Below, piece by piece: positions 26,140 through 40,798 of a DNA stretch of 64,000 nucleotides; position 1 is the stretch's first letter; each line of letters opens with the position of its first letter. The position numbers and the translations under genes were made by a program. The notes under the pieces are model-generated. The model saw only the letters and a program-made list of their open reading frames with translations, was not told the origin of the DNA and did not search any database. The DNA comes from Octopus vulgaris (lineage: Eukaryota): NCBI GenBank assembly GCA_951406725.2, contig OX597828.1, positions 47,554,001 to 47,618,000 on the forward strand, written 5' to 3'.

Positions 26140-27310
26140 CTGTGTACGTGATTGAAGTTTATGCACATCCACAAATTAGCACGCATGTCACTGAAATTTA
26201 AGGAGGGCATTCGTCAACATCCTATCTGGGTTTTGTCAACTTTTTCCGAGGCACCGGCGGATAGCGGTAAAAACCTATTTTCAGCCATAACTTTTAGCGG
26301 TAAATATCTTTTTTTAGCCGTAGCTTTTTGACGGCGTCTAACAAAAAAATAACAAGATAAAGTAAAGTGGATGAAGAGAGGCAGAGAGTTTCACGTGAAA
26401 GACAAAGTGACAGAGGGAGAGAGAGTAAGTGACGACGTTCCTAAAAATCTTTTTTCAGCCATAGCTTTCTGACGGCGTCTAACAAATAAAAAACAAGATA
26501 AAGAAAAGTGGAATGAAGCAGAGAGTTTCACGGGAAAGACAAAGTGAGAGAGAGAGTAAGTGACGACGTTCATAAAATATAAAATGTAAAATGTTTTGTC
26601 TTTTCTTAAACACGAGATATAATGTTCGAATTCAGGATGTTTTTGAAAGACACTATATTTTATAATCTTAGTATATATACTTTCTCACACAACAATTACA
26701 ATATATTTATTCTAAATTGTTCCTCTTTCTCCCCCTCTCTCTCACACACATTACTTTGGGTGCGAAAGAGTTTTATTTTTATTTTACGCCGAGTTGACAA
26801 TCCATTTATTTAACAACAAAGAAACAAAGAGGTGAGTAGCAATTTGTCAGTGAATTGTACAATATAAATGGGTACAATTTCCGAGACTTCCATCACATCC
26901 TGTCCGTTTCACGGACCACAAAAGGGTTTTGTAGCATATTAGGATGCCAGAGTAGTTGATTCCACGCAAAAAAAAACGATTATTTTTCTTAATGAAAATC
27001 GTGCGAATGTTAATCTTCAAATTTAACAACATTTTTCCATTCATTTCTGTTTATGAACTGTTTATGAACATGCACAAAATATGCAATAGGTGTACTACGT
27101 ACATGTGTGTTCGTGTCTGTTGCCCATATATATTTATATTATATTATATTATATTATATATAATATATATAATATATATAATATATATATAATATAACCA
27201 ATTTCAACGGATTTTGCCCAAATTCGACGTCGATATTAGTTTGAAATAAAGAACTTGATTAGCTTAATAATCGTAACTTAATCCCGGGCAAGGCCGGGTT
27301 ATACTGCTAG
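26073..27310 (+). mobile_element. Non-autonomous Helitron-like element (~1.24 kb) with an internal ~135-bp tandem duplication (26302-26578)
   Basis: A|TCTGTATATATATAAGTTCAGATG(TG)n 5' end; hairpin plus CTAG|T 3' end. Confidence 0.7.
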
Positions 27311-27363
<53 letters not shown>

Positions 27364-27529
27364 TACATATATCACTCTATTTCCCTCTATTTCTATCTGC
27401 CCATCTGTCTTTGTAATTACCTGACTATCTATCGCTCCGTATACGTGTATATATGTGTATGAGTATCTGTGTAAGTATGTATGTCGGTACGCACACAATA
27501 AAATGACTCCATAAATATATTATATACAT

Positions 27530-27616
<87 letters not shown>

Positions 27617-28058
27617 CATACATATACATACAAGTTCTAAAGAGAATCAAGACAGACAAAAACAGACGAGCAGACAGACCGACAAACAGATAGATAGATA
27701 GATAGCTAGATAGATAGATAGATAGATAGTCTGAACATCACAAGAAACGTTAGACACGAGTAAGACGATGTACAAAGTAATATCTGATCTACTATTAATT
27801 ACATATTAATTCAAAACGCTCAAAAAGCGGAAGGAATATTTATTCATATGGAATATGTCAAGGTATTCTGTAATTAATTGCTAATTAGCTATGAAATATT
27901 CATATAGTATGTATATGCGTGTGTTTACGTGTATCTTTGTGTGTGTACGTATGTATGTTTGTATAAATGTATGTATGTATGCATATATTGATAAACATAC
28001 CTGTTTATTTATGCATATGCAAGTATATGAATGTTTTCTGAATGTTTTTATGCATATA

Positions 28059-29390
28059 TAAATCCTTAAATCCTTAAAAATATTTTAGCCCGAAGGCCGC
28101 GGCCATGCTGGGGTACCACCGCTGAATGAGCTACACTAGTTTGTGAATCCACCACTGATACGTGGCACTTGATCAACAAGGGAGTTCGATGCTGCTGCCC
28201 GCATCCGCGTCTCCTGTCGTGAGGTAGGTTCATCTGGGACTCCCAACAAGAAGAGATCCAGTTTAGTTTTAAAAAAACCCACATCCACACCATGTAAGTC
28301 TCTCAGGCATTTAGGGAGGATGTTAAAGACCTGTGGTCCTTTGAAACCCAAGCTGCTGCAGTATCTGGACCTGTATTTTGATGGTGATGTTGGAATCCTT
28401 GGCACCACGCAGCGGCGCCCCGTTCTGCGGTTGGAGTAACTTTGAATGCCAAAGTTTGGGACAAGACCCTCCAGGATTTTCCAGATGTATATCACTGCAT
28501 ATCTCTCCCGCCTCCGCTCTAGGGAGAAGAGGTTTAATACCTTCAGTCTTTCCCAGTAGCTGATATTTTGCATTGAGACGATTTTCTTTGTGTAGCTTCT
28601 CTGAATTGCTTCGAGTTCTGCTGTTTGTTTTATATTGTGTGGTGACCAAAGTTGGGAGCAGTAGTCCAAGCGGCTGAGGACGAATGTTTTCCATAGGACC
28701 ATCAGTGTCTCCTTCTCTCTTGTTCTGAAAGTTCGGAGAATCCATCCAGCTAGCCGTCTGCATTTTATCACCAGATTAGCAATATGCATTTGGAAAGATG
28801 CATCATTGCTCATGTCAATGCCCAGGTCACGCACTGATTTTGACTCAGGGATTGCAATTCTTCCTGGGCCAGTGTATCCAGTCTTCACGTCATTTACCTT
28901 TGTGTGCCAATAGCGCAGGGCCTGGAACTTACCTGCATTAAACTGCATGTTGTTGTCCTCAGCCCACCTGTATATTGTGTCCAGCTCATGTTGCAGATGC
29001 GCAATATTTTCAGGGTTTTGTATTGCGTGGGAGACTTTTGTGTCATCTGCATAGCTAGCAAGGGTGGTCATCGTAGCAACTGAAGGCATGTCTGAAAGGG
29101 CCACTATGAACATCAGTGGCCCCAAGACAGTGACCTGTGGGACACCGCTTGTTATTTGCGTTTCCTCTAGGTGGCTCCATTGCTCACAACTGCCTGTTTT
29201 CTGTCTTTTAGGAAGTTGTGCAGCCACTCTCCAAGTTTCCCGCCTATGCCGAGACCACGCAGTTTGTGACAGATCATACCATGGTCGACTTTATCAAAGG
29301 CTTTTGCAAAGTCGAGATATATTACATCCACATTTGAGCCAGTTAGTAGCTGTTTCAACACCCAGTCATAGTGTTGCAGGAGCAACACTA
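28059..29390 (-). pseudogene. 5'-truncated CR1/L2-like LINE: reverse transcriptase domain to C-terminus with one frameshift, 3' UTR and (AAGGATTT)n tail
   Basis: ORFs 29167-29388 ([13 protein letters not shown]) and 28136-29227 (SGVPQ.TVLGP, YADDTK, RDLG, LWSPH, SLERRRER); stop at 28136-28138. Confidence 0.93.
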
Positions 29391-29403
29391 TGCAAATTTA
29401 ATT

Positions 29404-29471
<68 letters not shown>

Positions 29472-29623
29472 GTATGTATACAGAGAGAGAGAGAGAGAGA
29501 GAGAGATTCAGATGAATATGGTACTTATATTAAGGCACCAGAATTTAGTAGGGTATTATCGAAACAATTTCAAAATAAGGTACCTCTGGATATCCTTGTT
29601 GCTTATTTTGATTTTAATCACCT

Positions 29624-29720
<97 letters not shown>

Positions 29721-29721
<1 letters not shown>

Positions 29722-29875
29722 ATTCAGAGAAAAATGCAGTGTACGTTCAAACACAAAAGGGATACCCGAAGAATAGGATATCTGACTCGCTAGAAAGAGC
29801 AGTTAAATCTCCAAGCCACCAATTATTTTAATTCCGAAAATTAAGGAAAAAGTTTTATTTTCCAATCACTTTCGG
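29721..29875 (+). repeat. Short dispersed repeat between (TA)n runs; second copy at ~43265-43352 on the - strand
   Basis: CAGTGTACGTTCAAACACAAAAG...TCTGACTCGCTAGAAAGAGC present in both copies. Confidence 0.75.
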
Positions 29876-29885
29876 TATATATATA

Positions 29886-29955
<70 letters not shown>

Positions 29956-31062
29956 TTGAACGCAATATATGAAAACGATATCATGCTTTTCACGGGGTTA
30001 TATACGTTAAGTATGATACATAGCTGACTATTCTAATTTATTGTTATTTCAGTTGTGTACACCGAGATTTATTTCTTATATATTGATATGAACTGGGTCG
30101 TTAGAGAGATAAGTGTCTTGACCACAGAATAAATTAATTAATTAAACAAAAGCGAGAAACGATACGGTGATGCTGGAAGGTGAACTCCTGTCTTTGAATT
30201 TATATTTTCGATTTGTTACTGCTTGGTCAAACAGCCATCCTTTCAATGGCTTCATAATTAACAAACAAAGAGACATTAACTTTCCCATTTAACCTATAAA
30301 AAAAAGTCGCGTGGGAAGTTTGTACTTTTTTGTTTTCCTCGTCAACTAATTGAATATTGAATATATTAATAAATCTGCGAAATAAATACATAATTACGAT
30401 TTTAAAATAAGTCGCCATTATTGTGTATTTTACAGTTTAATGCTTGCCTGGTTTTCTGTATTTATGTATGCATAATGGGTGGGTTAAATTATATGTGGTC
30501 TCGTATAAAGGTTTTGTATCTTTTGTTTGTGGTAGTTTGTTTTTTTCATTATCCTGTATTTCGTTGTAATTAACTGATATTATGCTAACTATATTGAATT
30601 AGCATTGATTTAATTAGCTAATTAAGAACACAGCATGCTTCTATCATGTATCTCATATCTTCCATGCATATTTTCAAAGCAATAATAACTTCTCCGGTTC
30701 ACTGGGCACAGATACAAGAGTGAGGTCTTCTGTTGAAATTACTTCGACCCACACTGATGAGGTTTCAAATCTTAGAGATGTCTTTATTATTTATTACATG
30801 GTTTTTTTTGTGATCGTTATCATGAGTATACCAGTAATATTATGTGGAGGGGTCTGATGATGATATAGTCACAAGACTTTTGCTTCAAGCATTTACTATC
30901 CAAGTTGAGATGAACTGTTCATTTTTTTTATTACAGTTAATGTACGCTAAAAGGTCTGATCAAAAATTATTGGAGTTGTTATGGTAACGAAGCTAAAGTA
31001 CGCAGAATGAAGCCATTTGACACAAATTTGCCTTGAACATACATACAAATACATACATGCAT

Positions 31063-31560
<498 letters not shown>

Positions 31561-31591
31561 TGTGTGTGTGCGTGTATACATATACATATAA

Positions 31592-31645
<54 letters not shown>

Positions 31646-31817
31646 AATGAAAGACGGAAGATGGAATATACGAGAATTTATTATCAATCAAGACATGAAG
31701 CACTCTGGACACCACTACGACATAATCCCAGAAGCACACTGCTCCTTCCATTTAGCCAAGCCAAATCCACAGTAAGCTACCAAGTGTAAACCATTCGTTT
31801 TGCTATATATATATATA

Positions 31818-31980
31818 TATACGACGGGCTTCTTTCAGTTTCCATCTGCCAAGTCCACTCACAAGGCTTTGGTCGGCTCGAGGCTATAGTAGAAGGCACT
31901 TGCCCAAGGTGCCACGCAGTGGGACTGAACCCGGAACCATGTGGTTGGGAAACAAGCTTGTTGCCACGCAGCTACCCCTG
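31818..31980 (-). mobile_element. SINE family A, 5' half only
   Basis: Family match. Confidence 0.85.
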
Positions 31981-32061
31981 AGACTTTTTTGAGACTGTTT
32001 TTAGGCCAGGCCGTCATAACTGTCCTAGGTTATTGCAATTTTAGTATATAATTACTATGTA

Positions 32062-32231
32062 TAGGTGCAGGAGTGGCTGTGTGGATAGGCGCAGGAGTGG
32101 CTGTGTGGTAAGTAGCTTGTTTACCAACCACATGGTTCCGGGCAAGTGCCTTCTACTATAGCCTCGGGCCGACCAAAGCCTTGTGAGTGGATTTGGTAGA
32201 CGAAAACTGAAAGAAGCCTGTCGTATATATG

Positions 32232-32320
<89 letters not shown>

Positions 32321-32545
32321 ATGTTTGTGTGTCTGTGTTTGTCCCCCAGCATTGCTTGACAACTGATGCTGATGTGTTTATGTCCCCGTCACTTAGCGGT
32401 TCGGCAAAAGAGACCGATAGAATAAGTACTGGGCTTACAAAGAATAAGTCCCGGGGTCGAGTTGCTCGATTAAAGGCGGTGCTCCAGCATGGCCGCAGTC
32501 AAAATGACTGAAACAAGAAAAAAGAAGTAAAAATAAAAAAAGAAG
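32062..32545 (+). mobile_element. SINE family A with tandemly duplicated 5' ~24 nt and an internal deletion
   Basis: TAGGTGCAGGAGTGGCTGTGTGGA-TAGGCGCAGGAGTGGCTGTGTGG. Confidence 0.88.
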
Positions 32546-32999
32546 TATATCAAATGAACTGATCTGCCAACTTTTTTTTATATTCCAGACTGAAGGAAAC
32601 GTATAATAGAGCTCTTTGAACTCACCCCACTAAATACTGCCTGTATTTAATTCCATCCAATGAAGTTGACATAGATGGGCATCAAAACCCTTCCAACAGT
32701 ACAGACCTTGCTCCTGTACCCCAAGCTAAAGGAGAACCTCGGAGGCGGTCATTTTGAAGACAGAGGAGATAAAGGGAATTGTGACAATGGAAGATTACCA
32801 TAGGACCTTCACGAAGTGGCCAGAGTACATTGAAGTCAAAGGACCCTACTTTTGAAGGTGATCAGAGTTTTGTACTTCTTTGAAATTAATAAATGTCTCA
32901 CCTGAAAAAGAATCAAAATTCCTGGAATGCACCTCATTTATGGTGAAAGGAGTGATCTGATGAGACTAACTGGGACAGAAAGTGATTTTGGGGTTGCTT

Positions 33000-33235
33000 A
33001 GGTGTTGGTATTATCGATTATCTCCAGGTCAGTTCTGGCTGTGTAGACCTATGGCCAAAACCATTCCAAGCCTAAACATTTCTTTTTTTTTTGTTTTTGA
33101 CCTGTGTAGGTGAACCAGAACCACATTACATTATCCAACAGATTCTTTTCTGAGACAGTGGGATGTAATCTGAGTGATTTGCTTGCTATTTCTAGATGGT
33201 CAAGCGACCACATACAGATCCCGTCGTTGGATCGT
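33000..33235. repeat. Old dispersed repeat; diverged inverted copy at ~35200-35400
   Basis: TTGCTATTTCTAG at ~33183 versus CTAGAAATAGCAA at ~35240, with similar flanks. Confidence 0.5.
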
Positions 33236-33638
33236 TTTTAAGATTGTGTTGTATTAGTTTCTAAAATTGTGTAGTAGATGTCAATGACTAAGAAATGGTG
33301 TTGTTCACGTATTCAGAGGCGTTGTGGATGTGGCTTGGCTAAGTGGAAGGGGCAGTTTGTTTATGGGATTGCGTCGCAGTGGTGTTCAGAATGCTGCAGT
33401 TGTGTCTTTCCTAGATCGGATAGGGAGTGTTACCAAAATAGTGGGTGCAGGAGGAGTTTTCAAGGGTCTTGCAGGTGCGTCTAGCCGAGGATGACAGAGC
33501 CTGTTAAATGTTAAAGTTTCCTACAACCACAAACTATGCTACTCTCAGGAGCGTGTAAAAAAAATACAGTTAGATGAATGAATAAGTGGTCGAAGTATTT
33601 CACATTCTGATTTCACGTAGAGCAAACAAAATGCTTTA

Positions 33639-34018
33639 TCTCTCTCTATATAAAGCTGAAGTATGGCAGGTTTGGTAGCCTTCAACTAACACTATCTCCT
33701 CCGAGACCCTGCAGCGCAAGTTGACCAAACTTGAGAGTATGATAGAAGGCTTGCTTTTTCTTCCGTAGAAGATAAAATTCAAATCGGACCATGTTAACAC
33801 CACAAATTATTTACATCAAAAAGGTGCTTATTTTCTATGAAAATCCCTACTTTTTACGATTTTTTGACTGCTGTGTCGCCATTTTTCGGTGTATTCCAAC
33901 CAAAAATATATTCACTTAAAGAGAATAACAAGCTACATAATGCAAAATTTTTACTTTTCAAAAATTCCAATTCTAAAGGGTCGAAACAAACCCGAGCAAC
34001 GCCGGGCGATACTGCTAG
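33639..34018 (+). mobile_element. Short non-autonomous Helitron-like element (380 bp)
   Basis: A|TCTCTCTCTATATAAAGCTGAAG ... CCCGAGCAACGCCGGG-CGATACTG-CTAG|T. Confidence 0.8.
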
Positions 34019-34116
34019 TATTGTATATCGACCAACGCCACCAGTTCTCACATAAATAAATAGCAGTAATTTTTGACGACTAAGCAATTCCATTAATGAT
34101 ACAGTGAAAATAATAG

Positions 34117-34328
34117 TTTCAAATTTTGGCACAAGGCCAGCAAGTTCGGAGGAGGGGGTAAGTTAATTACATCGACCCCAGTATTCAACTGGTACTTGTT
34201 TTATCGACCCCGAAGGGATGAAGGACAATGTCGACCTCCACGGAATTTGAACTCAGAATGTAATGACGGACGAAATACCACTAAGCGTTTTGTCAGACGT
34301 GCTAACGATTCTGCCAACTCGCCGCCTT
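34117..34328 (-). mobile_element. SINE with family C head and central domain but an alternative tail
   Basis: Head and central domain match family C; tail (read on +) TTTCAAATTTTGGCACAAGGCCAGC; flanking repeat AGTGAAAATAATA. Confidence 0.8.
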
Positions 34329-34465
34329 TTTTCAAGTGAAAATAATAAATCAAGCAAATAAATAAAACAAGGAATAATTAATGAGGAGTACCGAACAGTA
34401 AGATGTCCAATAATGAGTAATGAGTGAGGAGTTCCAGAAATAATAACGTTATACAGTAAGGAGTA

Positions 34466-34850
34466 GTAGGAGCACTCCGTCGGTTACGATGATGAGGGTC
34501 CCAGCTGATACGATCAACGGAACAGCTTGCTCGTGGAATTAACGTGCAAGTGGCTGAGCACTCCACAGACACGTGTACCCTTAACGTAGTTCTCGAGGAG
34601 ATTCAGCGTGACACAGAGTGTGACAAGGCCGGTCCTTTGAAATACAGGTACAACAGAAACAGGAAGTAAGAGTGAGAGAAAGTTGTGGTGAAAGAGTACA
34701 GCAGGGTTCACCACCACCCCCTGCAGGAGCCTTGTGAAGCTTTAGGTGTTTTCGCTCAATAAACACTCACAATGCCCGGTCTGGGAATCGAAACCGCGAT
34801 CCTACGACCGCGAGTCCGCTGCCCTAACCACTGGGCCATTGCGCCTACAC
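34466..34850 (-). mobile_element. SINE family B, full length
   Basis: 14-bp target-site duplication TACAGTAAGGAGTA (34452-34465 / 34851-34864). Confidence 0.92.
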
Positions 34851-36048
34851 TACAGTAAGGAGTATTGACGATGTGAATAAAGTACGTCTGCTTGGAATTG
34901 ACTACCATGTTCTCATCCCAGTCTGTAAAAGACCGAATTGAGGATTTGTTATGTCACGCCGCTGCCACAGGGGCCTGTCAGATTACCTTTAATTCCTTCG
35001 TGTTTCAGAGCACACGCCCGCATTCTGGGAGTGCAACTTTTTGGTTCGTTTTGAAGAAATATCTCAAGACCCATTCTCGTCGCCACCGGGTTAGTCACCA
35101 TGTTTACTAATCACATCTAAATTAGTTCACTAGCGCCCCCAAATTTATCTATTTCTCGCAGTCCTTTGTTAATCCTTTGTTGATCCTCACAAATTCTTAC
35201 TGAGGCAACAGGAGAACCACCACATAGTCGTTTGAGCTGCTAGAAATAGCAACCAAATCTGCTTCAAATCACACGCTTACCATCTTTCTATTTTAAAAAT
35301 GGACACTTTAGATAACATTCGTTTACGTAAAAAAATGATGGGACAGTCGTGGTGGGAAAGTCTTTCATCATAGGCTTTGTTAAGCGAACTTATGTCCACG
35401 GTTAATGTAACCAAACGACAACAACAACTACTACTATGGCTACTGCTGCTACTACCACCACTACCATCACCACCACGACCACTACTATTAAATATAATTT
35501 GATCCAAAAACAAAACAGACATAATATACCCGATTCCCACCCAAAGTCCTTCCTTCTTCTTTATTTCTTTTTTTCGCTTCTTATTCCATTTTCTTCTTTT
35601 ATTCTTTGTTTTCTTTTCTTTTTCCTTTTGTCAAACTTATTAGTTTCGTCCTCTTAACACTTTTTCTTCTTTACCGTCTACTACTACTACTACTACTACT
35701 ACTACTATTATTCCACACCTTCTTCCTCTCCTGCTCCCGCACCAACTTATCTTTATACTTCCAACCCAAAACTTCCTCCCACCCCTTTTCTCCTTGCTCT
35801 TCTTTCTATAGTCAGTACTATCCCCACAGACGGGCTAACAGCTGTCTTCCCAATAAATGCTATCTGCCGACCCCGATCGCTTCGACACACCAATTTTTTT
35901 CCCATTAAAAAGGCGAAACTTCGTTTCCTTTACCGTTTTTTTTATTAATTATTTATTCTTGTTACCCTTCTTTCACACGATTGAACATTTTCACGTCACA
36001 TATTATATTCATATATGTATATATATATATGTATGTACATATGCATGA

Positions 36049-36111
<63 letters not shown>

Positions 36112-36122
36112 CATATATATAT

Positions 36123-36204
<82 letters not shown>

Positions 36205-36296
36205 ATACATATATATACATATATATATAAATACATTTATACATATGTACATACATATATATATACATATATACATACATACATACGTACATATAT

Positions 36297-36390
<94 letters not shown>

Positions 36391-36393
<3 letters not shown>

Positions 36394-36562
36394 AGAATTC
36401 CCGAGAAAAACAAAAGACGAAGACAGGTGGTGTAGACAACAAACAGATGTATTAGTTTAATGCTCGGGAAGGGGAAAAGTCTTTAACGTTTCGAGCCTAC
36501 GCTCTTCTACAGAAAGAAACACAGAAAGAAACAAGGAGAGAAAATAAAGAATGTGTAGTGGC

Positions 36563-36563
<1 letters not shown>
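36391..36563 (-). mobile_element. Penelope-like P1 fragment with hammerhead-like motif at 36480-36517
   Basis: Minus strand TCTTT-CTGTAGA-A-GAGC-GTAG-GCTC-GAAAC-GTT^AAAGA; (TA)n on both sides. Confidence 0.7.
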
Positions 36564-36651
<88 letters not shown>

Positions 36652-36687
36652 AGAGACAGAGAGAAAGAGACAGAGAGAGAGAGAGAG

Positions 36688-36763
36688 CTCGGTCTGGTAA
36701 TCGAAAAAGCGATTTTATGACGGCGAGTCCGCTGCCCTAACCACTGGGCTATTGCGCCTCCAC
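36688..36763 (-). mobile_element. SINE family B, tRNA-like head only
   Basis: Family match. Confidence 0.75.
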
Positions 36764-36839
36764 GTCTACGTATGTATGTATGTATATAAGAATAATATAT
36801 ATATATGCACATGTAACTCTGTCACACGCGCACACACAG

Positions 36840-36962
<123 letters not shown>

Positions 36963-37799
36963 CAGAAGCAAAGAAGGAAGGGAAAAGAAAGAGAGAGATT
37001 CAGAAAGATTGACCGGGAGAACGATGGACGGCGGCGGGGGGCGAGTATTGTTTACCGTCCGTCACCTCGTAATGTCCAGCATGGTCTTTCAATTGAAATT
37101 TGAAATAATTTACGTTGTATTATGTTTTAGTCAAAGAAACAAGTCGTCTCTATCCTCTCTGCTTTATTCTTGTCTTAACGGGGAAGAAGGGAGAGGGATG
37201 ATAATAGAGTAGGTATATGAATGAGAGGGGGGGAGAAGAAAGAAGAAGCAGAAGAGAAAGAAGTAGATTGTCCGCCCTCTGGAGGTTTTCATTGCATCAC
37301 ACAAACAACTATTAGTAACACAGAAACCGTGATTTGTGAAGCGAGAGGGCGTTACTTCGCATCGCGGATGAATTATTAATTTCTCATAACTCTTAAGGCA
37401 TGTCTAATGTAATTAGTGCCGTCGCCAACCGTCTCTTTCTTGTTTTGCAGCTTTTTCTTACGCTGTCACCAGGCCTTTCGCCACCCTCGCCACCGCCGCC
37501 GCCGCCGCCGCTGCTGCAAACACCGCCGTCGCCATCTTCGGGAGGCGGATTAGTGGGTGACGTAAATTATCTCCCCTTTAATTCGCCCACCTCTCTCGCA
37601 TTGTGAAGTCAAATCTCGGGGGAGTCCTCAAGAACAGTTGCTGAGCACCTTCAATAAACGGCTGCCTTTTGTATAGAGGCTGAAAGCTACGTATAACCTC
37701 GCTGTCTCTCAGGAGTAAATTAATTAACAGGAAATGGAGCGTATTTTTGACATCTATTTATCCAGAAGGTTAGCGAATGGACGCCATCTTAAACCTATT

Positions 37800-37865
<66 letters not shown>

Positions 37866-38073
37866 GGCGCTGTGTTAAGACTATTTAATGAGATTACTGA
37901 CAAAAGCCGACACAATTGAAATTACTGTACCGGTTACCTAATGAACTTAAAATTGCTATCAAGGGACTAAAACAAACACACGGGACCCGATACACACTAA
38001 ATACAACAGACCCACTTGTCCACAGATCGTAGAAACTGTAAATAAGAACCATAGATAAACCATGATAATAATA

Positions 38074-38143
<70 letters not shown>

Positions 38144-38444
38144 TTTCCATGATAATAATCGTAAGGGTCGCGTTGTGTTGTATGTTTTACAGTTGTTTGG
38201 ATTTTTAAAGCGAAGCTTTCGTCTAAAATGGCGGTTGTTGAAAGACGAAACAGATGATGTGTGCTTGTCGGATAAACGCTGCTGTTATGAGCAGAGATAG
38301 AAGTCTATTTGACTGAAGAGGCCTTCATCCCAGCTCGACTGCGAGACAGTTAATGTGTGCTTATTTTATTAATTCATTACATACATATATTTATACAGAC
38401 ACACATGCCTACATGCATACTTACCTAAGTACCCTGGTAACTGC

Positions 38445-38511
<67 letters not shown>

Positions 38512-38832
38512 GTTTATATATACATACATACATATATATATGTATGTGTGTGTATGTATGGATGGATGTATGTATGTATGCATGTATGTACGTATATATG
38601 TGTGTGCGAGTGTAAATATACATGTATGTATATATTTACCTATATATGGATATATATATATATATTACATGTAAGCATGCATGTACGTATGTATTTATGT
38701 ACGCATTCATATATATGTATGTGTGTATACATATGCATATATATGTATTTATGTGTGTACATATATATGCATATATATGTATTTATGTGTGTATATATAT
38801 ATATATATGTATGTATACGCACGAAAACAGTC

Positions 38833-38868
<36 letters not shown>

Positions 38869-38984
38869 TTTGTGTATGTATGAACATATGTGTATATATA
38901 TATGTGTGTGTGTGTGTGTGCGTGTATAGATAAATAAACACTCTCATTCACTCATACACACAGTCACACACAACCACACACTCA

Positions 38985-39029
<45 letters not shown>

Positions 39030-39421
39030 ACACATACAGACACACACATAGCCAGGGGATATTTCTATGACGTCGAGCTACGAATTCAAGTGTTATTGTC
39101 CGACGCTCTTCTTCACCATCCACTGTCACCCTATAACGAAATAATAACAAAACGAATCGCAAGAGGCCTTGTTAGCTTTTCACATTGTATTTTTGATACC
39201 ATTGTTGTTGATGTTGTAATTGTAGTTGTTGCTATGTACTTATTAATGTGCAAGGAGGGGGTACACATTATAAGCCATTATAAGCTGGTCATTAACAATT
39301 TTCAGTGATAATTTTCCCGCCAATTTAACACTTTATCTATTTATATATATATTTGTTTCTTTGTTTTTCTTACCAGTTTTATATCACTATTTGTGTAAAT
39401 ATATGTGTATGTGTGTATATA

Positions 39422-39494
<73 letters not shown>

Positions 39495-39565
39495 ATGTAT
39501 GTGTGTGTGTATGTATATAAACACACATACATATATCTATATATGTATGCATCTCTGTCTGTCTT

Positions 39566-39751
<186 letters not shown>

Positions 39752-40560
39752 TGTATGTATGTATGTATGTATGTATATATGCGTATGCATGTGTGTATGT
39801 ATATGTATGTGTGTGTATATATCTGTGTCTGTGGTGGGGTGTACACGTTTTTGTCTGATTTACTGGTAGTTTTTCTTTATTTGTATATATTTATGAATTT
39901 GTTTGTTTAACGACCATACATAATCTGTTTGTTTTCTTAACCTCTCTTGCTTAATTTGGTCCACAATGTCTGACCTCTTGTCCCTCATTAGCTCAGCTGG
40001 AGGCGCTTTTTCGGGGGGATAAGAAGAAAGCTGGGTAGATGTAGGGCTAGTGGATGAGGATCGGGGATTTAGAGGCAGAGGGAAGAGGCAAGAAGATAGA
40101 AGAGTTTTATGGGTTCAAGCAAGGCTAAGGATTGTTTGGGACGAGAGCAAGAAGTTTTAGGACTCTTATGGATAGAAGTAAGGCAGAAGGTTTCTTTTTG
40201 GTGAAACTAAGGCTGGAATTTCTGATTATTTGTTATTTGCTTTGTTTTGAGTTTTTGTCTGGTGTGGGGGGTTTTTTGTGGTGGGGCTGGATTTTCACCG
40301 GATGTGACGCTAATTTCTTTTGGGTAGTATGAACATTATGAATGGATGGAATATGTCGTGAGGGGACCCTTAGTTTAACGGTTCAGAAAGCTTAGCCGGA
40401 ATATCAGTGCGGGTTTCGATTCCTTGTAGAGGCTTGCTGGCCACTGTTTTCCCTTTTCTAAAGGGTACTTACCCGATTTTCATAGCAATGTTCACGAATT
40501 CCTTTATTTATGTAAGATACCGACACGCGCGGCACTTATTAGTTTGCACAATGTTCCCAT

Positions 40561-40591
<31 letters not shown>

Positions 40592-40594
40592 TAC

Positions 40595-40629
<35 letters not shown>

Positions 40630-40647
40630 TGTATGTATGTATGTATG

Positions 40648-40707
<60 letters not shown>

Positions 40708-40798
40708 TAAGAAAGTTGGTATGTGAAAGCATGTGGTTGAATATATAGAAAATACCTCCCCTTATCTAAATCTCCGCTCAACGTAAACATAACGATGT

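Larger units (their letters stand above)
17825..27310 (+). mobile_element. Composite non-autonomous Helitron-like interval (5' TC terminus at 17825; nearest 3' hairpin-CTAG at 27310)
   Basis: A|TCTATATATATATAAAACTGAGAATGTGTGTCTGTCTG 5' end; 3' CCCGG-GCAAGG-CCGGG-TTATACTG-CTAG|T. Whether it moves as one unit is inferred. Confidence 0.55.

Noticed and set aside
18703-26210. Many overlapping minus-strand ORFs with RDQRGCRQRSKRVPTEIKEGAD repeats
   Set aside because: A 22-bp unit with no minus-strand stop gives the same 22-aa cycle in all three frames; 21- and 23-bp variants shift frame freely and TAG variants are common, so there is no sign of coding constraint.
30750-30790. CTGATGAGG hammerhead-like start
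   Set aside because: No GAAA core and no stem I partner.
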